DNA of 40,174 nt from a virus (lineage: Duplodnaviria > Caudoviricetes). Location: the IMG/VR virus record IMGVR_UViG_3300033067_000852, positions 1-40,174 of that record. One strand, written 5' to 3'. Shown here one piece after another: positions 32,484-40,103 of this stretch. Each line of letters opens with the position of its first letter. Position 1 is the stretch's first letter. The notes under the pieces are model-generated. The model saw only the letters and a program-made list of their open reading frames with translations. It did no database searches and was not told the origin of the DNA. The position numbers and the translations under genes are program-made.

Positions 32484-33971
32484 CTACTCGCCCGTCAAGG
32501 TCGTCATCTCCAAGAAAATACGTTCCTGTTCGGCGGCGTCCAACGCGACGCGGTTCGCCTTCTTCATCACGGTGTCAACCATCGGGGCCTCCAACTCCGT
32601 CAACGGGATATGCACGTTGAGCGGCTTAGTTGACCCATAGCGGTTCGATCGTTTCACGGCCTGATAGAACTCCTCATACGAGTCCTGCAACGTCGAGAAT
32701 ACTTGTCGGGTGCAGATTTGGAGATTGACTCCGAACCCAAGAATCTTCGGCTTCGTGACCATCACCCTGCGACGTCCGGCCTTGAAGTCTGCCACCAATC
32801 TCTCGCGTTCTTCCATCGGGGTTGTGCCGTCGATGTTCGCGCAGTCCGGGAACGCTGCCGCAATCTCGTCTTGCTCTTGGTTGTACTTGCACCAGATGAT
32901 CGTCGATTCGTCGGGCCATGATGCCACGAGGCTCTTGATGTATTCGGTCTTGTGCGCCTCGACCTTTTCCCCGTTGACGAAACCCTTGCCAATGCGAGCG
33001 ATGCGCCCGCGTGACCCGATGCCGCCCGCTTCGGTGAGGAATAGGGCGTTCGATTCGGCTTGGAACGCTTGCCGCTGGTCGGTCGATAGCGGGACGTGGT
33101 GCCGGTGAACGTGGATCGGCGGCAACTCTCGTGCCCCGTCCTTCCAGCCGTACACGGCGGGATTGGTCAGGAAGATACACCAGTGCGAGAGGGCGACGTA
33201 GAACGGTTTGAGGGCGTGAGGTTTCAACTCCCACCGCTCGGACGTTTCGCCACGGTTGACAAAGAACCGGGCAAGGAACGAGTTGACGGTTGGGAAAGCA
33301 TCGAGGAATACCGCGTGATTGGCAAACTCGATCCGATCGTTCGGCGCGGGCGTGCCAGTTGCGCACAACTTGTACGCCACACCCTTACCCAACTCGATCA
33401 ACCGCGTGCCCCATGCGCCGTAGTGAGACTTCAGCATCGACGATTCGTCAAGGATCAGCCCGGCCAATCGGTTCTGCGGCAACCCATCAACGATCGCCTC
33501 GTAGTTGGTAATGGCAATACCCTTGCCGTTCTCCAACCACTCCGGCAACTCGGCGGCGCGGATGCGAGTGATTGGCAACTTGGACCTATACCACCGCTCG
33601 GCTTCGTCGCACGTCTGGCCCGTGACCATCAGGGGTGACACGATCAGGACGCGCCCGCCCGTTGACTTGGAAACGTGCCGGGCGAACTCGGTGATGATCG
33701 CCGTCTTGCCCAGCCCACAATCCGCGAACACCGCGTACTTGCGTTTAGTCACGGCGGTACGGGCGATAGCGGCTTGGTAGTCGAAGCACCACTTCGACGG
33801 CTTGAAGGACACCGCGTCGGCTTCCGGTGCGCCCGCTCCGATGTGGGCGGCGTACTCGTCAGGGAATACCGCCGTCGTTCCCTCGAAGCGGTACTGAGGC
33901 AGGGCCTTCACTTTCAGGAAGGTTTGGTAACTGTCGATCGAACCCGTGTCTAGAACCATTCGCATCTTCAC
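32484..33971 (-). CDS. SNF2-like superfamily 2 helicase
   Basis: ADCGLGKT, ITNYE, ILDESS, TGTPAPND, GFGVNLQ, YQAVKRSNRYG. Confidence 0.92.
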   Translation of the reverse strand: MKMRMVLDTGSIDSYQTFLKVKALPQYRFEGTTAVFPDEYAAHIGAGAPEADAVSFKPSKWCFDYQAAIARTAVTKRKYAVFADCGLGKTAIITEFARHVSKSTGGRVLIVSPLMVTGQTCDEAERWYRSKLPITRIRAAELPEWLENGKGIAITNYEAIVDGLPQNRLAGLILDESSMLKSHYGAWGTRLIELGKGVAYKLCATGTPAPNDRIEFANHAVFLDAFPTVNSFLARFFVNRGETSERWELKPHALKPFYVALSHWCIFLTNPAVYGWKDGARELPPIHVHRHHVPLSTDQRQAFQAESNALFLTEAGGIGSRGRIARIGKGFVNGEKVEAHKTEYIKSLVASWPDESTIIWCKYNQEQDEIAAAFPDCANIDGTTPMEERERLVADFKAGRRRVMVTKPKILGFGVNLQICTRQVFSTLQDSYEEFYQAVKRSNRYGSTKPLNVHIPLTELEAPMVDTVMKKANRVALDAAEQERIFLEMTTLTGE

Positions 33972-34025
33972 TCCTCCACAATCACGCCCAACTCGCGGAA
34001 GGTCAGGCTAGTTATCGGACCACGT

Positions 34026-34208
34026 TTATTTGCCATTAGACGGCCCCTGTTGCGTCGGTGCGTTTGGGTGCCTCGGAATGGCTACTGCCTTCTTCGAATG
34101 GCTGGACGGCGGATGCTTCGCCTTTGCCTCGGCCATTACCTCCGCCCACCCCTTTGGCTTCCAGAACCGCATCGGGTTCTTGTTGTTCGTGTACGCATTC
34201 GCCGCCAT
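34026..34208 (-). CDS. Small basic hypothetical protein (MAANAYTN...)
   Basis: AGGAGG Shine-Dalgarno. Confidence 0.5.
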   Translation of the reverse strand: MAANAYTNNKNPMRFWKPKGWAEVMAEAKAKHPPSSHSKKAVAIPRHPNAPTQQGPSNGK

Positions 34209-34367
34209 TGGTCCTCCTGCTCTTGTGCTTTCCAAACGCGAGGGCGAACACCCGCCGCCCGTATACCTCGATCCGCAATGCCCGCAAACACTCGGGGCAG
34301 ACGTGCCCCTCGATCAACCGCCCGCATCGGAGTGGGCAAAGGTGTGGCATGGTCGTCCCCGGTTCCC

Positions 34368-35021
34368 CTACGAGGAGGTTGCTGACAGGCGATGCACCAG
34401 CACCGCCACCTTGCTCCGAACGCTCTTGTCCGCCTTGACCTCGGCCCATGCCTCTTTGAGCATGGTCGGCTTTACCTTCGCGTCGTAGGCGATCCGCTCC
34501 CGTTCGGGCGACTTCACGCCGTACTCGTCCAGCAGTTCCAACTTGCGGGCGGTGAGGGGATCGGGTGTTTCCCCCGGACCCCCTTCGGAGGTAATACCAC
34601 CACCACCAGAACAGCCGTCGCGTTTTTGTCGCGCTCCGTGCGCGACAGAAGCGCGACACGACGGCGGGGTGGGGGTGGGGGTTTCTTCTCTCAACTTTCG
34701 CTGCCTCTCAGTGTTGGCCATTCGTCGCTTCGCGTTCTGTTCGTTGTACCTATCCCATTTCGGGAACACGAGTTGCGTTCCGTCGATGATGCACCATCCA
34801 ACGTCAACCATCGCCTGTCCGAACCCATCCAACCGCGCCGCGTGGTCAACCATTGCAAGTGTCCCGTTCGGTATCACGCCATCGGGCGTGTTCTTCTGAA
34901 CCCATATCCAAACCATGACGACCCGCCCGAAGCACTCGGATGTGTCGCGCTTCAGGCGCGACGCGAGCGCGACAACTTCATGCTTGTCCGGCGTGTCAAA
35001 GTCGATCGGGAGCCAAGCCAT
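34368..35021 (-). CDS. Putative replication initiator (replisome organiser/lambda O-like)
   Basis: MAWLPI...PDKHEVVALA...W.W, FPKWDRYN, ANTERQRKLRE pattern of phage initiators, followed by a low-complexity linker. Confidence 0.75.
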   Translation of the reverse strand: MAWLPIDFDTPDKHEVVALASRLKRDTSECFGRVVMVWIWVQKNTPDGVIPNGTLAMVDHAARLDGFGQAMVDVGWCIIDGTQLVFPKWDRYNEQNAKRRMANTERQRKLREETPTPTPPSCRASVAHGARQKRDGCSGGGGITSEGGPGETPDPLTARKLELLDEYGVKSPERERIAYDAKVKPTMLKEAWAEVKADKSVRSKVAVLVHRLSATSS

Positions 35022-35034
35022 CAGAGCATCCTTG

Positions 35035-35168
35035 CTGCCGGATCAAAAACGTCGCCACCCAGCGCGGAGTCTTGCGGAATCATGCGCGGGTGGGCGACGA
35101 AGGACGACGGGTTGTGTGGAGTCCGCAAGACTCGGCAGTAGCATACCAATCACCCCTCCCTAAAGCAA
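35035..35168 (-). promoter_or_regulatory. Promoter plus structured attenuator-like leader of the initiator gene
   Basis: TTGCTT-17 bp-TATGCT with extended TG; terminator hairpin 35050-35099 with T-tract; 12-nt perfect complement between 35122-35133 and the hairpin loop 35067-35078. Confidence 0.7.
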
Positions 35169-35176
35169 GCGTCCCC

Positions 35177-35428
35177 TCAATCCGCGCCCGACGCTGGCGG
35201 GTTCTGTGGACGGACTGTGTATAAGTCCTCCAGCCACTTCGATACGAAGTCCAAAGCCCGCCATTTGTCGCGCTTGGTCTTGACCTGCCCACGCCGCATG
35301 TTCACAACGATCGTGCAAACGCGGTCGTACTGGTCCTTGAACTGGGCATCTTTCAGCCGCAGGCAAGGCTGGCAGAAGTCAAAGGTGGCGTTGATCGGAA
35401 GATGTCGAAAGCAGCGGTGGCAACACAT
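35177..35428 (-). CDS. Zinc-finger hypothetical protein
   Basis: CHRC...CQPC; AAGGA upstream. Confidence 0.55.
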   Translation of the reverse strand: MCCHRCFRHLPINATFDFCQPCLRLKDAQFKDQYDRVCTIVVNMRRGQVKTKRDKWRALDFVSKWLEDLYTVRPQNPPASGAD

Positions 35429-35464
35429 AATCCATCCTTCCAGCGGTAGCCGGAAGGAAAGGAG

Positions 35465-35782
35465 TCACAAGAACCTCGCCAGCACGTTCACACCTGCCAG
35501 AGCCTTCCGCCTCGTCTTGCGGCGCACGCGCTTTCCGTCCTTGTCGCGGAGCCAGCCGATGAGCCCGACCTTTCGCAGGTAGCACATCACCGGCGTCGTG
35601 CCTTGGTGCCCCCACTTGCGGACGGCGCGATCCATCTCGTCGTCGGTCAGGCCGTCAGCCTTTGCCTTGTGGAGGCGGAACAGGGCTTCGGCACGGCGTT
35701 CGGCACAGGGGACGTACTTGGACAGGCCGCGCACGCGCTGCCCGCAGCACGGGCACCATTCGCCGGGGCGTGGTTTCTGCAT
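35465..35782 (-). CDS. Small winged-HTH-like protein (MQKPRPGEWCPCCG...)
   Basis: GGAGG Shine-Dalgarno; GLTDDEM...LRKVGLI...RKTR pattern. Confidence 0.65.
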   Translation of the reverse strand: MQKPRPGEWCPCCGQRVRGLSKYVPCAERRAEALFRLHKAKADGLTDDEMDRAVRKWGHQGTTPVMCYLRKVGLIGWLRDKDGKRVRRKTRRKALAGVNVLARFL

Positions 35783-35850
35783 CGCATCCTCCATTCGGGC
35801 ACCATCGCCCAATCCCGCCGGTCCCTGTGGGGGAGCGGCGAGGGGGTCAT

Positions 35851-36399
35851 TTACTTCAACTGTGCGACCGCTTCTCCCAACTGGCGGCATAGGTCGGCAA
35901 CCTTGGCGAACTTGTCGGGCTGGACGTTTGTTGCCACCGGCGCGGGCGGCGCAACTGGAACCAACACTAACTTGCCGAACGCAACAGTCCCGCCGCCTTC
36001 GATCTTCTCGCAGCGAATCTCGGTGTCCTTTGGTTCGGGGATCGCCCATCGACACAACCCAGCGAACGCCCGCAACTTGAACTTGATCGTTCCTTTGGCG
36101 ACGATCGACAAACCCGCCGAGATGCCACCGCCAGCCGAGATGTCCCAGCCCGCCGAGATGCCACCGCCAGCCGAGATGCCCCAACCCGCCGAGATGCCAC
36201 TGCCCGCCGAGATGCCACTGCCCGCCGAGATGCCACTGCCCGCCGAGCAAATGATCGCGCCAGTCGCGTTCAGGTACTTGAACTTGATGGTTCCGAGATT
36301 CGGCGCAATCTCGATATGGCCCTTCACGTCCAACATGGACTCTGGGCCAACGAACTCTCCGTTCTTGATGTGTTCCGACGTTATGCGAATCGTCTCCAT
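35851..36399 (-). CDS. Hexapeptide-repeat (SAGxGI) beta-solenoid protein
   Basis: Eight SAGxxI units encoded by an 18-bp tandem repeat. Confidence 0.75.
   Translation of the reverse strand: METIRITSEHIKNGEFVGPESMLDVKGHIEIAPNLGTIKFKYLNATGAIICSAGSGISAGSGISAGSGISAGWGISAGGGISAGWDISAGGGISAGLSIVAKGTIKFKLRAFAGLCRWAIPEPKDTEIRCEKIEGGGTVAFGKLVLVPVAPPAPVATNVQPDKFAKVADLCRQLGEAVAQLK
36104..36247 (-). repeat. 18-bp coding tandem repeat, about 8 copies
   Basis: cc(c/a)gccgagatgccac-type units on the + strand. Confidence 0.9.
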
Positions 36400-36426
36400 T
36401 CTCAAACCTTTCTGCGACTGTGCCGC

Positions 36427-36484
36427 TTGTGAAACCCCGCCACCGTCGTTCGTCAGTGGCGGAGGTGTGTGGGGCGAAGGCCCC
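36427..36484 (-). terminator. Double hairpin, terminator-like, after ssb
   Basis: ggggc-cttc-gcccc, then cctccgccactg...cggtggcgggg followed by TTTCACAA. Confidence 0.55.
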
Positions 36485-36491
36485 GTGAGGA

Positions 36492-36890
36492 CTAGAACGT
36501 GTCATCGGGCGGCAAGTCTCCGCCCTTCGCCGGCTTCGCCTCCACCGACTGCGACGGCTTGCTGTCGATGAACTGGAACGCCTCGACCGTAACGCCCATC
36601 TTCGAGCGGTTGGCGCCGGACTCCTTGTCCTGCCATTGCTCCAACGTAAGACGCCCCTCGACGTACACGGGCTTGCCCTTGGCGAGATACTTCGCGATCG
36701 CCTCGCCGGTCTTGCCCCACGCCACGCAGTCAACGAAGGTCGTGTCCTCCTTCGTGGTGCCGCTGGCGTCGGTCCATCGGCGGTTGATCGCAAGCCCGAA
36801 CTTGCAGACGGACGTACCGCCTTGGGTGGACTTCAACTCGGGATCGCGCGTCAGGTTGCCCATCAGCATCACTTTGTTCAGATTCGGCAT
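36492..36890 (-). CDS. ssb: Single-stranded DNA-binding protein
   Basis: NKVMLMGNLTRDPE, KGKPVYVEGRL, acidic C-terminus DDTF. Confidence 0.96.
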   Translation of the reverse strand: MPNLNKVMLMGNLTRDPELKSTQGGTSVCKFGLAINRRWTDASGTTKEDTTFVDCVAWGKTGEAIAKYLAKGKPVYVEGRLTLEQWQDKESGANRSKMGVTVEAFQFIDSKPSQSVEAKPAKGGDLPPDDTF

Positions 36891-37864
36891 TACTTCGCTC
36901 CCTTTCCGGCGTGCAGGGCGACCCACACGGCTTGCCTCTCGTCCGCCGTAAGGTCGGCGTGCCCGTTCTTCCCGCGTTTGCTGGCCTCGTCAGCCAGTCT
37001 CTTGGCCAAGTCACCCGGCGACCGCCCTCGGGACTGGGCGAGCGCACCAAGGGCCTCCAGCCAAGCGGCGTGAGTTGTGGGGCAGGGTGGCGTATTGCCC
37101 TTGGCTTCTTCCCTGTCCAACTGCTCAATCACCACGTTCGCCTTGGCTTCCCGCAAGTCGGCGAAGTCCGCCACACCCCCAAGGGCTAACCACCGGGCGT
37201 AGGTCGTCGGGTTGTCGCCCGTAATCGCCCGTACCCGCGCCTCGATCGACGCCGCAAGGCCCGGATTGATCGTCGCTCCGTCCACCAGAGCGTCCTTGTC
37301 TTTGTTGAGTGGGACGTTGATCGCGGCGCAGAACGCCCGACGCTTCGCCGACGTTTCGGCCGCCCCGTCCTCTTGGCCACCGGACAGTCCCGGCGCACCA
37401 CCACCGATCCGCACGGCGCATTCGTTCGATCGCTCGTGCCCGTCATCGTGGGTCAGGGTGCAGGTCACAATCACGCGGTTGTCCTCAACTCGCATGTTGA
37501 ACCCCACCGAGAAACCGTGCTTGAAGAGGACCGGCGCGACCTGCCCCCAAATGTCCTCGTATGAGGCGTACACGAACTTGATGTTCCCATTCCTGTCGGG
37601 CACGCCCCGAGTTGATTCGACCGTTGGCAACTCACGCTGCATGGCGTTGAGGGCGCGGTTGAATGACAGGCGAGCGTCCGCCGCCCGTTCCTCGCGGTAG
37701 AGGATCGCCAACTCTTTCATTGCCGCCGCCGAATCCGCCGTGATGCCGCTGTCTACAACCCCTTGCAGCATCGCCGTTATCTTGTTCTCGCCTTGAACCG
37801 GGGCCAGTGCCCCAGCCTCAGAACGAGTGATCGTCGTTGTCTTGCTCTTCTTGTCGTGGTCCAC
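36890..37864 (-). CDS. ERF-family single-strand annealing protein
   Basis: FNRALNAMQRELP, YASYEDI...PVL.KHGF, TCTLTHDDGH, GAAETSAKRRAF. Confidence 0.85.
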   Translation of the reverse strand: MDHDKKSKTTTITRSEAGALAPVQGENKITAMLQGVVDSGITADSAAAMKELAILYREERAADARLSFNRALNAMQRELPTVESTRGVPDRNGNIKFVYASYEDIWGQVAPVLFKHGFSVGFNMRVEDNRVIVTCTLTHDDGHERSNECAVRIGGGAPGLSGGQEDGAAETSAKRRAFCAAINVPLNKDKDALVDGATINPGLAASIEARVRAITGDNPTTYARWLALGGVADFADLREAKANVVIEQLDREEAKGNTPPCPTTHAAWLEALGALAQSRGRSPGDLAKRLADEASKRGKNGHADLTADERQAVWVALHAGKGAK

Positions 37865-38471
37865 CGTTCGCCTCCTCAAGTATCTTGTGTGCTTCCGCCA
37901 AACGTTCGTTGAACTCTGAAACCGTCTTGCCAATCAACTGCATCACCAGCGCGTCCCGCTTCAAGGCCAGCACCAAGGGCGGGAACCCTCGGCAGTAGGA
38001 CACGAACCGCCACTCTTTCAAACCCGTCGCCCACATACCGCCGTAGCACTGCAACAGGTGTTCGTCGGGCACCTTCCCGCCCAGCAGCCATCGAACGTGA
38101 TTCGTCGGCTGTGGGCATTTGATCTCGATGCCGAAGTCGTCCGTCAGTCCGTCCGGCGACGCGCCGAACGATCCATCGTCCGTCAGTACCAGCCCCACCT
38201 TGCGAACGTCAACGTTCTGGTTGATCGCAAACCACGGCAGGGCTTCGCTTTCGAGGATCGACCCTTGTTCCATCACGCCGCCGCCGAACGACTGGGACGG
38301 AAACCCCTGCCACTTCTCGGCCAGTTTGGTGTAGAGGTACGTCAGGGGCGTTGCACCCTCCCGCACCTTGAGCGTGGGGCTGATGAGGTTGTCCAACTCG
38401 GACGCGGTGACGATGCCTGCGCGTGCGGCGAGCCATTCCTCCGAACCTTGCTTCACGTCAAGTATTCGCAT
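37818..38471 (-). CDS. YqaJ/lambda-exonuclease family protein
   Basis: QGSEEWLAARAGIVTASE, MEQG..LE, GASPDGL, IEIKCP, QCYGGM. Confidence 0.93.
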   Translation of the reverse strand: MRILDVKQGSEEWLAARAGIVTASELDNLISPTLKVREGATPLTYLYTKLAEKWQGFPSQSFGGGVMEQGSILESEALPWFAINQNVDVRKVGLVLTDDGSFGASPDGLTDDFGIEIKCPQPTNHVRWLLGGKVPDEHLLQCYGGMWATGLKEWRFVSYCRGFPPLVLALKRDALVMQLIGKTVSEFNERLAEAHKILEEANGGPRQEEQDNDDHSF

Positions 38472-38697
38472 CGTTCCTCCGTTTCCGCACTTGCCATTGC
38501 GTCTTCGCCTTCAAGTACGTCTGCCCGTCCTTGTACGACCAATCGGGGATCGCCCATCGTTCTTCGAGAATCCCGTCTTTGATACCCTCTTTGAGAGCGG
38601 CAACCAGTTTGCTGTTCAGTGTTGGGCGCAACATTTCCCGCAGCGCGATCACGCCGGTCCAGTCAGACAGGGCCTGCTCGATCTGGGAGGGGGTCAT
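38458..38697 (-). CDS. Hypothetical phage protein
   Basis: GGAGG upstream; overlaps the exonuclease start. Confidence 0.6.
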   Translation of the reverse strand: MTPSQIEQALSDWTGVIALREMLRPTLNSKLVAALKEGIKDGILEERWAIPDWSYKDGQTYLKAKTQWQVRKRRNDANT

Positions 38698-38726
38698 TGC
38701 CCCTCCCTCGCGCGGAGCATGGCGTC
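38694..38726 (-). pseudogene. C-terminal remnant (DAMLRAREGQ-stop) of a GGPAFP...DAML-type phage gene
   Basis: Translation gac gcc atg ctc cgc gcg agg gag ggg caa tga; retains ATGA coupling to the next gene. Confidence 0.65.
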
Positions 38727-39258
38727 AACACTTCGCTCTAAGCGATGCCCTGTATTCTCTCTGCCACTTTGCGAGTCTCTTTGCATGTTTCTTGCTCCAC
38801 TCGACGTGCTTCTTGTTCGCCCACTCTTTTCAGTACGGCTTGATTCCAAGCGGCCTGCTCCTGTCTTTGTAAAACTCGGTCTTGTTCTTTATCACAAGGC
38901 ACGATCTGCATGGGTGCTTGGCTTTGGGAATGTCGTAGAAAGTGTCTCCGTCGAACGTGGCGTGTCGCGTGTTGCAGGATCGGCACAAGAATCGGACTTT
39001 GCCAGACCTGTCGTGCTGTAAAGTTATGACGGTTGCCTGTCCGTCTCGCCCCATCCAGTTCATCGTCCTGCCGCATGGGACGCACCGGAATCCCTTGCAC
39101 AATCTAAGCATGTTTTCAAGTTCTTCGTATGACGGCACATAGACACCGCGCCTCTTTGACAGCACCCGCATTTGCTGAAATCGGTAGTGTTTCTGACAGA
39201 GCCAGATTCGCCCTTGTTTGCGAAACGAAACGTCGTCACACCACTTGCACTTGTTCAT
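38725..39258 (-). pseudogene. EndoVII/HNH-like endonuclease with an internal TGA at 38830-38832
   Basis: CKWC...LCQKHY, CVPCG...QHDRSGKVRFLCRSCN, CRSC...EFYKD...KPY-TGA-KEWANKK; the frame continues 34 codons to a TGA at 38725. Confidence 0.7.
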
Positions 39259-39279
39259 GCGGAATGATAGGCGCGACTA

Positions 39280-39312
39280 CTACGCCGGTCCACCATCATC
39301 CACCTTGCTCAT
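39280..39312 (-). pseudogene. N-terminal remnant (MSKVDDGGPA-stop) of the same GGPAFP-type gene
   Basis: GAAAGGA Shine-Dalgarno, ATG, 10 codons, then TAG TAG. Confidence 0.65.
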
Positions 39313-39322
39313 GTTCTTCCTT

Positions 39323-39556
39323 TCAGTTGTCCCCGTACTCGCGGGCGTACTTCTCTGCCTTGTAGTCCTCATACGCCCGGTGTTCACGCAACTCGCGGGC
39401 TGTGATCGGCTTGTCATTCGCCTCGTGCCACGCCTTCGCACAGGCGGCGTGTACCCACGAGAACGCATCGGGTCCGCCAATGTCCTCGTGCGGTTCGTTG
39501 TCCTCGAAGTCCACCGGCTTGCCGCAGTGCTGGCAGTGGTAGGGTTTGGTGGTCAT
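39323..39556 (-). CDS. Zinc-binding hypothetical protein (CQHCG...HAAC)
   Basis: GGAGG upstream; ATGA overlap. Confidence 0.7.
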   Translation of the reverse strand: MTTKPYHCQHCGKPVDFEDNEPHEDIGGPDAFSWVHAACAKAWHEANDKPITARELREHRAYEDYKAEKYAREYGDN

Positions 39557-39807
39557 GGCTGGGCCTCCGATGAGAACATCTCGATTAGCCAGCGTCCGAA
39601 TGCCACGCAGTCAGACGGGTTTGCGCCGATGAACTGTTCGATTTGGCAGCCGGGGTCCTTCTCGCCAAGCCTGACGGAACCCATGATCTTCCCGTTGGCA
39701 GCCGCGAACTTCGATTCATTCACGACGCGACGCCTTGTGGACTCGTGTTGCATATCAGACGCAACCAACTCGTCTGAGATTCTGGATGCTTTGGTCGGTC
39801 CCATCAT
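39553..39807 (-). CDS. Hypothetical phage protein
   Basis: ATGA overlaps at both ends. Confidence 0.6.
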   Translation of the reverse strand: MMGPTKASRISDELVASDMQHESTRRRVVNESKFAAANGKIMGSVRLGEKDPGCQIEQFIGANPSDCVAFGRWLIEMFSSEAQP

Positions 39808-40103
39808 GATCCCCCCGTGTTCTTGCGGTGCTTGGCCCACGCCTGCTCGCGGCAGAGGCGGTGGGCTTCGGTGAGTGTGGTAGTTTTGGCGTTCGCTATG
39901 TAGTCCGCCCTATTCGTGATTCCGTCATTGTTGAAGTGCTTGGCGTGTGTCGTCACAACTTCCCAATCGCCGTTTCGCAACTCATACAACGACCGCCCCC
40001 ACCCCTCCGGCATGGGCTGCATCAGTTCGTGGCCGAGTTGCCATGCGGCGTCTGTGTGTTCGCTGGGGGTCGGCCCCTTCGCTTCGCTCTGTGTCCCGCT
40101 CAC
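39804..40103 (-). CDS. Hypothetical phage protein (VSGTQSEAKGP...), branch B gene
   Basis: GTG start in the GTGA overlap inside the 77-bp repeat. Confidence 0.7.
   Translation of the reverse strand: MSGTQSEAKGPTPSEHTDAAWQLGHELMQPMPEGWGRSLYELRNGDWEVVTTHAKHFNNDGITNRADYIANAKTTTLTEAHRLCREQAWAKHRKNTGGS

Larger units (their letters stand above)
670..40097. mobile_element. Tailed dsDNA bacteriophage genome, apparently a complete circle of 39,428 bp
   Basis: Ordered terminase-portal-protease-capsid-neck-tail genes on +, recombination/replication genes on -, and an exact 77-bp overlap of the contig end with 670-746. Confidence 0.9.

Noticed and set aside
35840-35851. 12-bp repeat GAGGGGGTCATT shared with 38687-38698
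   Set aside because: Matches of 12 bp are expected by chance in 40 kb.
36104-36247. Tandem repeats as a CRISPR array or DGR template/variable repeat
   Set aside because: No spacers, in-frame coding period of 18 bp, and no cas or reverse transcriptase gene.
38727-39282. Endonuclease cassette as a self-splicing intron
   Set aside because: Removal would give only a 20-aa peptide lacking the family core, and the ORF fills the interval, leaving no room for a ribozyme.
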